64,000 nucleotides of DNA from Macrostomum hystrix (Eukaryota; Animalia; Platyhelminthes), in contig CATNEN010000039.1 in NCBI GenBank assembly GCA_950097015.1, positions 6,820,001-6,884,000 on the forward strand. The letters run 5' to 3'. The translations under genes were made by a program, and so were the position numbers. The notes beneath the pieces are model-generated. The model saw only the letters and a list, made by a program, of their open reading frames with translations, did no database searches and had not been told where the DNA came from. Of this stretch, positions 41,664 through 53,600 are shown piece by piece. Numbering within the stretch: position 1 is the first letter of the stretch; each line of letters begins with the position of its first letter.

Positions 41664-44600
41664 GGAAAAAGTGGCGGTTCAAAGCGTAGCGCTTCAACTA
41701 GACGGTCGAGCAGCGGTGAGAAATATTTATAAACTGCAAGCTGCACGTGTGCTTTGAGCTACTTTGACAATCGATCTGAAAGCCATCAATAATTAATCAA
41801 CAAAAATTCTTCAGGTGCTGCCAACGATGAGCTTGTGACCGAAATCACGGAGGAGACAATCATTGAAGACGCGGATGCTTCGGGCGGCAAGAGACGTCGA
41901 TCGACCTCTAAACGGCGCAAGTCGGGCGGAAGCAGAGGTCGGAAGACTCGAGGACGATCTGCCGGCAAGAGCAGCGGATCGTCAGGTAAATGAATATAAT
42001 TAGCAGTACAGAGACTATTTCATGTCAAGAGTGCACAGAATTACAAAAAACTTTTATTACAATACTTGACAGACGATGCGCTTGTGACCGAAATCACGGA
42101 GGAGACAATCATTGAAGACGCGGATGCTTCGGGCGGCAAGAGACGTCGATCGACCTCTAAACGGCGCAAGTCGGGCGGAAGCAGAGGTCGGAAGACTCGA
42201 GGACGATCTGCCGGCAAGAGCAGCGGATCGTCAGGTAAATGAATATAATTAGCAGTACAGAGACTATTTCATGTCAAGAGTGCACAGAATTACAAAAAAC
42301 TTTTATTACAATACTTGACAGACGATGCGCTTGTGACCGAAATCATCGAGGAGACAATCATTGAAGACGCGGATGCTTCGGCCGGCAAGAGACGTCGATC
42401 GACCTCTAAACGGCGCAAGTCGGGCGGAAGCAGAGGTCGGAAGACTCGAGGACGATCTGCCGGCAAGAGCAGCGGATCGTCAGGTAAATGAATATAATTA
42501 GCAGTACAGAGACTATTTCATGTCAAGAGTGCACAGAATTACAAAAAACTTTTATTACAATACTTGACAGACGATGCGCTTGTGACCGAAATCACGGAGG
42601 AGACAATCATTGAAGACGCGGATGCTTCGGGCGGCAAGAGACGTCGTTCGACCTCTAAACGGCGCAAGTCGGGCGGAAGCAGAGGTCGGAAGACTCGAGG
42701 ACGATCTGCCGGCAAGAGCAGCGGATCGTCAGGTAAATGAATATAATTAGCAGTACAGAGACTATTTCATGTCAAGAGTGCACAGAATTACAAAAAACTT
42801 TTATTACAATACTTGACAGACGATGCGCTTGTGACCGAAATCATCGAGGAGACAATCATTGAAGACGCGGATGCTTCGGGCGGCAAGAGACGTCGTTCGA
42901 CCTCTAAACGGCGCAAGTCGGGCGGAAGCAGAGGTCGGAAGACTCGAGGACGATCTGCCGGCAAGAGCAGCGGATCGTCAGGTAAATGAATATAATTAGC
43001 AGTACAGAGACTATTTCATGTCAAGAGTGCACAGAATTACAAAAAACTTTTATTACAATACTTGACAGACGATGCGCTTGTGACCGAAATCATCGAGGAG
43101 ACAATCATTGAGGAAGATGCTAGCAGTTCTGGTAATTACAAATGAAATAAAATGCCAGCCATCAGCCCGACCGGTCACTGATTCACTTACAATTGCAATT
43201 TGATTTTCAGACGGTAATCGAAAACGTTCAAACTCAAGGACACGTCGCATTGGTCGCAGCGGTAGAAAATCTGGACAGTTGGGTAGAAGGGCAGGTAACT
43301 GATTCATGTGCTTATTGCCGATAGGCTCTCACAATAGAGGCAGGATGCAGTAAAATATTTTCGTCGATAAAAAATTTTTGTTACAATCTAGTTTTTTTCC
43401 ACCACAAACCCATATCTCAGATGACGAGACAATCACCGAAATCACAGACGAGACAGTACTTCACGATGTTGATGGCGAAAAAACAGGTAAAAACGCATTA
43501 GTGTTCTATGAATAACTAAAATAAAAACATTTGGATTTAAACAGCTTGAAACACACCAAAAAAGTTCACAAGAAAAACAAACGCAAAAAAACATCCGCAG
43601 AAAACAAGAAAAGAAGCACATCAGGCGTCCAAAACTTCAAAAACGGTAGCAAAACTCGAGCCCGCAAGGCCAGGAAGAGCTCAAAGAGAGCCCGAAAGAC
43701 CAGGAAGAGCACAAAGAGACGCGCTCGCAAGGCCAGGAAGAGCACTAAGAGAGCCCGCAAGGCCAGGAAGAGCTCACAGAGAGCCCGCAAAGCCAGGAAA
43801 AGCACAAAGAGACGCGCTCGCAAGGCCAGGAAGAGCACAAAGAGACCCGCCCGCAAGGCCAGGAAGAGCACAAAGAGACGCGCCCGCAAGGCCAGGAAGA
43901 GCACAAAGAGACGCGCCCGCAAGGCCAGGAAGAGCACAAAGAGACGCGCCCGCAAGGCCAGGAAGAGCACAAAGAGACGCGCCCGCAAGGCCAGGAAGAG
44001 CAGCAAGAGACGCGCTCGCAAGGCCAGGAAGAGCAGCAAGAGACCCGCCCGCAAGGCCAGGAAGAGCACTAAGAGAGCCCGCAAAACCAGGAAGAGCACA
44101 AAGAGACGCGCCCGCAAAGCCAGAAAGAGCACAAAGAGACGCGCCCGCAAGGCCAGGAAGAGCACAAGGAGACGCGCCCGCAAGGCCAGCAAGAGCAGCA
44201 AGAGACGCGCCCGCAAGGCCAGGAAGAGCAGTAAGAGAGCCCGCAAAGCCAGGAGGAGCAGTAAGAGAGCCCGCAAGGCCAGGAAGAGCACAAAGAGACG
44301 CGCCCGCAAGGCCAGGAAGAGCACAAAGAGACGCGCTCGCAAGGCCAGGAAGAGCACAAGGAGACGCGCTCGAAAGGCCAGGAAGAGCAGTAAGAGAGCC
44401 CGCAAGGCCAGGAAGAGCAGCAAGAGACGCGCCCGCAAGGCCAGGAAGAGCACAAAGAGACGCGCACGCAAGGCCAGAAAGGGCACAAAGAGACGCGCCC
44501 GCAAAGCCAGGAAGAGCAAAAAGGGACGCGCTCGCAAGGCCAGGAAGAGCAGCAAGAGACGCGCTCGCAAGGCCAGGAAGAGCAGCAAGAGACCCGCCCG

Positions 44601-47600
44601 CAAGGCCAGGAAGAGCACTAAGAGAGCCCGCAAATCCAGGAAGAGCACAAAGAGACGCGCCCGCAAGGCCAGGAAGAGCACAAAGAGACGCGCCCGCAAA
44701 GCCAGAAAGAGCACAAAGAGACGCGCCCGCAAGGCCAGGAAGAGCACAAGGAGACGCGCCCGCAAGGCCAGCAAGAGCAGCAAGAGACGCGCCCGCAAGG
44801 CCAGGAAGAGCAGTAAGAGAGCCCGCAAAGCCAGGAGGAGCAGTAAGAGAGCCCGCAAGGCCAGGAAGAGCACAAAGGGACGCGCACGCAAGGCCAGGAA
44901 GAGCACAAAGAGACGCGCCCGCAAGGCCAGGAAGAGCACAAAGAGACGCGCCCGCAAGGCCAGGAAGAGCACAAAGAGACGCGCTCGCAAGGCCAGGAAG
45001 AGCACAAAGAGACGCGCTCGAAAGGCCAGGAAGAGCACAAAGAGACGCGCTCGCAAGGCCAGGAAGAGCAGCAAGAGACGCGCTCGCAAGGCCAGGAAGA
45101 GCACAAAGAGACGCGCCCGCAAGGCCAGGAAAAGCACAAAGAGACGCGCCCGCAAGGCCAGGAAGAGCACAAAGAGACGCGCTCGAAAGGCCAGGAAGAG
45201 CAGAAAGAGAGCCCGCAAGGCCAGGAAGAGCAGCAAGAGACGCGCTCTGAAGGCCAGGAAGAGCACAAAGAGACGCGCCCGCAAAGCCAGGAAGAGCACA
45301 AAGAGACGCGCCCGCAAGGCCAGGAAGAGCAGCAAGAGACGCGCTCGCAAGGCCAGGAAGAGCAGCAAGAGACCCGCCCGCAAGGCCAGGAAGAGCACAA
45401 AGGGACGCGCCCGCAAGGCCAGGAAGAGCACAAAGAGACCCGCCCGCAAGACAAGGAAGAGCACAAAGAGACGCGCCCGCAAGGCCAGGAAGAGCACAAA
45501 GAGACGCGCCCGCAAGGCCAGGAAGAGCAGCAAGAGACGTGCTCGAAAGGCCAGGAAAAGCACTAAGAGACGCGACCGCAAGCCTAGGAAGAGCAGCAAG
45601 AAACCCGCCCGCAAGGCCAGGAAGAGCACTAAGAGAGCCCGCAAATCCAGGAAGAGCACAAAGAGACGCGCCCGCAAAGCCAGAAAGAGCACAAAGAGAC
45701 GCGCCCGCAAGGCCAGGAAGAGCACAAGGAGACGCGCCCGCAAGGCCAGCAAGAGCAGCAAGAGACGCGCCCGCAAGGCCAGGAAGAGCAGTAAGAGAGC
45801 CCGCAAGGCCAGGAAGAGCAGCAAGAGACGCGCCCGCAAGGCCAGAAAGAGCACAAAGAGACGCGCCCGCAAAGCCAGGAAGAGCACAAAGAGACGCGCC
45901 CGCAAGGCCAGGAAGAGCAGCAAGAGACGCGCTCGCAAGGCCAGGAAGAGCAGCAAGAAACCCGCCCGCAAGGCCAGGAAGAGCACTAAGAGAGCCCGCA
46001 AATCCAGGAAGAGCACAAAGAGACGCGCCCGCAAAGCCAGGAAGAGCACAAAGAGACGCGCCCGCAAGGCCAGGAAGAGCACAAGGAGACGCGCCCGCAA
46101 GGCCAGCAAGAGCAGCAAGAGACGCGCCCGCAAGGCCAGGAAGAGCAGTAAGAGAGCCCGCAAAGCCAGGAGGAGCAGTAAGAGAGCCCGCAAGGCCAGG
46201 AAGAGCACAAAGGGACGCGCACGCAAGGCCAGGAAGAGCACAAAGAGACGCGCCCGCAAGGCCAGGAAGAGCACGAAGAGACGCGCCCGCAAAGCCAGGA
46301 AGAGCACAAAGAGACGCGCCCGCAAGGCCAGGAAGAGCACAAAGAGACGCGCCCGCAAGGCCAGGAAGAGCACAAGGAGACGCGCCCGCAAGGCCAGCAA
46401 GAGCAGCAAGAGACGCGCCCGCAAGGCCAGGAAGAGCAGTAAGAGAGCCCGCAAAGCCAGGAGGAGCAGTAAGAGAGCCCGCAAGGCCAGGAAGAGCACA
46501 AAGAGACGCGCCCGCAAAGCCAGGAAGAGCACAAAGAGACGCGCTCGCAAGGCCAGGAAGAGCACGAAGAGACGCGCCCGCAAAGCCAGGAAGAGCACAA
46601 AGAGACGCGCCCGCAAGGCCAGGAAGAGCACTAAGAGACGCGACCGCAAGCCCAGGAAGAGCACAAAGAGACGCGCCCGCAAAGCCAGGAAGAGCACAAA
46701 GAGACGCGCCCGCAAAGCCAGGAAGAGCAGCAAGAGACGCGCTCGCAAGGCCAGGAAGAGCAGCAAGAAACCCGCCCGCAAGGCCAGGAAGAGCACTAAG
46801 AGAGCCCGCAAATCCAGGAAGAGCACAAAGAGACGCGCCCGCAAAGCCAGGAAGAGCACAAAGAGACGCGCCCGCAAAGCCAGGAAGAGCAGCAAGAGAC
46901 GCGCTCGCAAGGCCAGGAAGAGCAGCAAGAAACCCGCCCGCAAGGCCAGGAAGAGCACTAAGAGAGCCCGCAAATCCAGGAAGAGCACAAAGAGACGCGC
47001 CCGCAAAGCCAGAAAGAGCACAAAGAGGCGCGCCCGCAAGGCCAGGAAGAGCACAAGGAGACGCGCCCGCAAGGCCAGCAAGAGCAGCAAGAGACGCGCC
47101 CGCAAGGCCAGGAAGAGCAGTAAGAGAGCCCGCAAGGCCAGGAAGAGCACGAAGAGACGCGCCCGCAAAGCCAGGAAGAGCACAAAGAGACGCGCCCGCA
47201 AGGCCAGGAAGAGCACAAAGAGAGCCCGCAAGGCTAGCAAGAGCAGCAAGAGACGCGCCCGCAAGGCCAGAAAAAGCACAAAGAGACGCGACCGCAAGGC
47301 CAGGAAGAGCACAAAGAGAGCCCGCAAGGCTAGCAAGAGCACAAAGAGACGCGACCGCAAGGCCAGGAAGAGCAGCAAGAGACGCGCCCGCAAGGCCAGG
47401 AAGAGCACAAAGAGACGCGCCCGCAAGGCCAGGAAGAGCACAAAGAGACGCGACCGCAAGGCCAGGAAGAGCACAAAGAGACGCGCCCGCAAGGCCAGGA
47501 AGAGCACTAAGAGACGCGCTCGCAAGGCCAGGAAGAGCACGAAGAGACGCGCCCGCAAAGCCAGGAAGAGCACAAAGAGACGCGCCCGCAAGGCCAGGAA

Positions 47601-50600
47601 GAGCACTAAGAGACCCGCCCGCAAGGCCAGGAAGAGCACAAAGAGACGCGCCCGCAAGGCCAGGAAGAGCAGCAAGAGACGCGCTCGAAAGGCCAGGAAA
47701 AGCACTAAGAGACGCGCCCGCAAGGCCAGGAAGAGCACAAAGAGACGCGCACGCAAGGCCAGAAAGGGCACAAAGAGACGCGCCCGCAAAGCCAGGAAGA
47801 GCACAAAGAGACGCGCTCGCAAGGCCAGGAAGAGCACAAAGAGACGCGCTCGAAAGGCCAGGAAGAGTAGTAAGAGAGCCCGCAAGGCCAGGAAGAGCAG
47901 CAAGAGACGCGCCCGCAAGGCCAGGAAGAGCACAAAGAGACGCGCACGCAAGGCCAGAAAGGGCACAAAGAGACGCGCCCGCAAAGCCAGGAAGAGCACA
48001 AAGAGACGCGCCCGCAAAGCCAGGAAGAGCACAAAGAGACGTGCCCGCAAGGCCAGGAAGAGCACAAAGAGACGCGCTCGAAAGGCCAGGAAGAGCACAA
48101 AGAGACGCGCCCGCAAAGCCAGGAAGAGCACAAAGAGACGCGCCCGCAAAGCCAGGAAGAGCACAAAGAGACGCGCTCGCAAGGCCAGGAAGAGCACAAA
48201 GAGACGCGCTCGAAAGGCCAGGAAGAGCAGTAAGAGAGCCCGCAAGGCCAGGAAGAGCACAAAGAGACGCGCTCGCAAGGCCAGGAAGAGCACAAAGAGA
48301 CGCGCCCGCAAGGCCAGGAAGAGCACAAAGAGACGCGCTCGCAAGGCCAGGAAGAGCACAAAGAGACGCGCTCGAAAGGCCAGGAAGAGCAGTAAGAGAG
48401 CCCGCAAGGCCAGGAAGAGCACAAAGAGACGCGCTCGCAAGGCCAGGAAGAGCACAAAGAGACGCGCTCGAAAGGCCAGGAAGAGCAGTAAGAGAGCCCG
48501 CAAGGCCAGGAAGAGCACAAAGAGACGTGCTCGCAAGGCCAGGAAGAGCACAAAGAGACGCGCTCGCAAGGCCAGGAAGAGCACAAAGAGACGCGCCCGC
48601 AAGGCCAGGAAGAGCACAAAGAGACGCGCTCGCAAGGCCAGGAAGAGCACAAAGAGACGCGCTCGAAAGGCCAGGAAGAGCAGTAAGAGAGCCCGCAAGG
48701 CCAGGAAGAGCAGTAAGAGAGCCCGCAAGGCCAGTAAGAGCACGAAGAGACGCGCCCGCAAAGCCAGGAAGAGCAGCAAGAGACGCGCTCGCAAGGCCAG
48801 GAAGAGCACGAAGAGACGCGCCCGCAAAGCCAGGAAGAGCACAAAGAGACGCGCCCGCAAGGCCAGGAAGAGCACAAAGAGACGCGCCCGCAAGGCCAGG
48901 AAGAGCACTAAGAGACCCGCCCGCAAGGCCAGGAAGAGCACAAAGAGACGCGCCCGCAAGGCCAGGAAGAGCAGCAAGAGACGCGCCCGCAAGGCCAGGA
49001 AGAGCACAAAGAGACGCGCACGCAAGGCCAGAAAGGGCACAAAGAGACGCGCCCGCAAAGTCAGGAAGAGCACAAAGAGACGCGCCCGCAAGGCCAGGAA
49101 GAGCACAAAGAGAGCCCGCAAGGCTAGCAAGAGCAGCAAGAGACGCGCCCGCAAGGCCAGAAAAAGCACAAAGAGACGCGCACGCAAGGCCAGAAAGGGC
49201 ACAAAGAGACGCGCCCGCAAAGCCTGGAAGAGCACAAAGAGACGCGCTCGCAAGGCCAGGAAGAGCACAAAGAGACGCGCTCGAAAGGCCAGGAAGAGCA
49301 GCAAGAGACGCGCTCGCAAGGCCAGGAAGAGCACAAAGAGACGCGCCCGCAAGGCCAGGAAGAGCACTAAAAGACGCGACCGCAAGCCCAGGAAGAGCAC
49401 AAAGAGACGCGCACGCAAGGCCAGAAAGGGCACAAAGAGACGCGCCCGCAAAGCCAGGAAGAGCACAAAGAGACGTGCCCGCAAGGCCAGGAAGAGCACA
49501 AAGAGACGCGCTCGAAAGGCCAGGAAGAGCACAAAGAGACGCGCCCGCAAAGCCAGGAAGAGCACAAAGAGACGCGCCCGCAAAGCCAGGAAGAGCACAA
49601 AGAGACGCGCTCGCAAGGCCAGGAAGAGCACAAAGAGACGCGCTCGAAAGGCCAGGAAGAGCAGTAAGAGAGCCCGCAAGGCCAGGAAGAGCACAAAGAG
49701 ACGCGCTCGCAAGGCCAGGAAGAGCACAAAGAGACGCGCCCGCAAGGCCAGGAAGAGCACAAAGAGACGCGCTCGCAAGGCCAGGAAGAGCACAAAGAGA
49801 CGCGCTCGAAAGGCCAGGAAGAGCAGTAAGAGAGCCCGCAAGGCCAGGAAGAGCACAAAGAGACGCGCTCGCAAGGCCAGGAAGAGCACAAAGAGACGCG
49901 CTCGAAAGGCCAGGAAGAGCAGTAAGAGAGCCCGCAAGGCCAGGAAGAGCACAAAGAGACGTGCTCGCAAGGCCAGGAAGAGCACAAAGAGACGCGCTCG
50001 CAAGGCCAGGAAGAGCACAAAGAGACGCGCCCGCAAGGCCAGGAAGAGCACAAAGAGACGCGCTCGCAAGGCCAGGAAGAGCACAAAGAGACGCGCTCGA
50101 AAGGCCAGGAAGAGCAGTAAGAGAGCCCGCAAGGCCAGGAAGAGCAGTAAGAGAGCCCGCAAGGCCAGGAAGAGCACGAAGAGACGCGCCCGCAAAGCCA
50201 GGAAGAGCAGCAAGAGACGCGCTCGCAAGGCCAGGAAGAGCACGAAGAGACGCGCCCGCAAAGCCAGGAAGAGCACAAAGAGACGCGCCCGCAAGGCCAG
50301 GAAGAGCACAAAGAGACGCGCCCGCAAGGCCAGGAAGAGCACTAAGAGACCCGCCCGCAAGGCCAGGAAGAGCACAAAGAGACGCGCCCGCAAGGCCAGG
50401 AAGAGCAGCAAGAGACGCGCCCGCAAGGCCAGGAAGAGCACAAAGAGACGCGCACGCAAGGCCAGAAAGGGCACAAAGAGACGCGCCCGCAAAGTCAGGA
50501 AGAGCACAAAGAGACGCGCCCGCAAGGCCAGGAAGAGCACAAAGAGAGCCCGCAAGGCTAGCAAGAGCAGCAAGAGACGCGCCCGCAAGGCCAGAAAAAG

Positions 50601-53600
50601 CACAAAGAGACGCGCACGCAAGGCCAGAAAGGGCACAAAGAGACGCGCCCGCAAAGCCAGGAAGAGCACAAAGAGACGCGCTCGCAAGGCCAGGAAGAGC
50701 ACAAAGAGACGCGCTCGAAAGGCCAGGAAGAGCAGCAAGAGACGCGCTCGCAAGGCCAGGAAGAGCACAAAGAGACGCGCCCGCAAGGCCAGGAAGAGCA
50801 CTAAAAGACGCGACCGCAAGCCCAGGAAGAGCACAAAGAGACGCGCACGCAAGGCCAGAAAGGGCACAAAGAGACGCGCCCGCAAAGCCAGGAAGAGCAC
50901 AAAGAGACGTGCCCGCAAGGCCAGGAAGAGCACAAAGAGACGCGCTCGAAAGGCCAGGAAGAGCAGCAAGAGACGCGCTCGAAAGGCCAGGAAAAGCACA
51001 AAGAGACGCGCCCGCAAGGCCAGGAAGAGCACAAAGAGACGCGCTCGCAAGGCCAGGAAGAGCACAAAGAGACGCGCTCGAAAGGCCAGGAAGAGCAGTA
51101 AGAGAGCCCGCAAGGCCAGGAAGAGCACAAAGAGACGCGCTCGCAAGGCCAGGAAGAGCACAAAGAGACGCGCCCGCAAGGCCAGGAAGAGCACAAAGAG
51201 ACGCGCTCGCAAGGCCAGGAAGAGCACAAAGAGACGCGCTCGAAAGTCCAGGAAGAGCAGTAAGAGAGCCCGCAAGGCCAGGAAGAGCACAAAGAGACGC
51301 GCTCGCAAGGCCAGGAAGAGCACAAAGAGACGCGCTCGAAAGGCCAGGAAGAGTAGTAAGAGAGCCCGCAAGGCCAGGAAGAGCACAAAGAGACGTGCTC
51401 GCAAGGCCAGGAAGAGCACAAAGAGAGGCGCTCGCAAGGCCAGGAAGAGCACAAAGAGACGCGCCCGCAAGGCCAGGAAGAGCACAAAGAGACGCGCTCG
51501 CAAGGCCAGGAAGAGCACAAAGAGACGCGCTCGAAAGGCCAGGAAGAGCAGTAAGAGAGCCCGCAAGGCCAGGAAGAGCACAAAGAGACGCGCCCGCAAG
51601 GCCAGAAAAAGCACAAAGAGACGCGCCCGCAAGGCCAGAAGGAGCACAAAGAGACGCGCCCGCATGGTTAGGAAGTTGCGAAGGAGGGGTCGGAAATCAC
51701 CTTTGATTAGCAGATTGCCTCGTTTTAGATGTTCGGACAGGAGTTCAAAGTGCGCTTCTGCCCGTAAAGCTGGTTTGTGCAAGCGGTTGCCTTTGGTGAT
51801 GGGTAAGAAATGTGCCCGCACATGCGGTTACTGCGCTCGTTCTGCCCGTCGTGGAGGGGTAGCTTGTCGAGACTTAGTGGGTTCGTCGCTGTGTGGGAAG
51901 TGGAAGGCTCGTCGTTACTGCAAGCTGTATCCAAAGCGCATGTCAGTGCAGTGTGGAATTACCTGCGGTCTTTGTTCCAATAATGTTAAGGGTAAGCGCA
52001 CAGATTTTCGTTGTTAACAATGACTTTGAGTAAGTCCTGAATAAAAATTGAGACGACTCTTGATTCCGCTTGACCTTACAGAGTGCCCGCCTGGCTGGCG
52101 TCTGTCCGGTGGCTATTGCCTTCGCTTCTACCGAGGTCCCACGTCATCCTGGCGCGGCGCCCACCAGGCCTGCAAACTAGCCACTGGCGAACTGGCGAGT
52201 GTCACCTCCGCTAACGAGGACCAACAGCTGCGAGCCTACCTGTGAGCACCCAGTGTTTTGACTGTCATTTACTTTATTGTGTTCAAAGTCAGTGTACCAA
52301 TTTAGTTTTGTCTAATTGTCATTCAATCAGTTAATGAGTCGTGCGTTCGACCTATTAGTGTGCCTATCAGATGGTGAGGGGCAGCGCTTATGGCGCTTGC
52401 CTTTCACGTCAAGGCCACATCAATGAGGGGCGCAGACGCGTAGAGACGGCTTTGGGCTTGCCAGGATGATACAGTCGTTTCAGATGTACACACCATGTGC
52501 GTGGGTGCTCTGGGGTCAGCGGAATGATCAGAATGGCCTCCAATAACAATAATAATAATTGCAGCAAGGCTGCAGGCAATGGCACATCATTTGGTGACAC
52601 TAGACCTGCAGCCAACGAGGGACAATTCTGCCTATTTCGCTGACTCCAAAGCACACAAGCACAGAGATACCTACGCACGCTCACACATTTGTGTACATCT
52701 TCCCTGACTTTCTCATCGTCAGGCAGTGTACACTTTCACTGTGCATTGGAGGTTGGAACTCAAGGGCGTAAATTGCACGACAAGCCCCCAAGCCTTCTCT
52801 CTGCGGCTGCGCCCCAAATGAATGCGGCCTTAATCCGGAATCGAGCTCAGGGATCTTAGTGCGAGAGGCAATTAAATATAATTGCCTCCAAAGTCGCACT
52901 TTATTATAATTTAGCTACTGTAAGTAGTCTATTTAATTTCGGTCATCACAAACCTTGAATTCTATGCGCAGCCGCGAAGTTGGCGCCGGCAGATCGGGTC
53001 GCCGCGCCCGCGCCGTCGCCGTCTGGTTCGGCCTGCGGCATCTTCGGAACGGTCGCCGGCTGGTGTTCTCCGACGGCACCCGGCTAAGTTCGTACGCGCG
53101 CAGTCAGGCCAGAAAGGCGGCTGGGAAGTCTCGCGGCCAGTGTGCCTACATCCAGGCCGGCAGTTGGCGCTTCGGATCTTGCAAGCGCAAGGCCGGTTAC
53201 ATCTGCAGAAGTGAGTTGAGCACGCTTCTGTAGTTTATTTTTTGGATAATTTTATATCATGTTTTCCAAGCGAGTTATTAAATTTTAAATTTTCAAAATC
53301 GCAGGACGCCCTGGCCAGCAGTGCAGCAAGGCGTGTCACAAGCACGGCGCCTGTGTGCACGTGGGACGGGGCCGCTTCCAGTGCAAGTGCAAGCCCGGAT
53401 TTTTGGGCGACGGTGTCAAGAGCTGCAGAAGTGAGTCGCCTCTCATTCTCTCTCCCTTCCTCGTTTCTGATTGGTCGCCAACTCACCCAAACTTCATTTC
53501 CTCTGTCTGTTCAAGTTCTGAGCTTTCCTTCATTTCTTCTTTTCTCTCCCGTGTCTCTGATTGGTTCACTGTTCGCCTCTCCTACACTCCAACCCTCCTT

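Noticed and set aside
43566-51821. 2,751-aa antisense ORF ([11 protein letters not shown])n, the 2,055-aa alternative-frame ORF and many Cys/Trp-rich antisense ORFs
   Set aside because: By-products of a 33-bp unit lacking stops in those frames. Only the KR frame connects to splice sites and folded domains, and most substitutions are synonymous in it.
43531-52017. Stand-alone protamine/histone-H1-like nuclear protein
   Set aside because: No ATG start; bounded by an acceptor (43600) and donor (51992) linking it to a signal peptide and extracellular disulfide domains.
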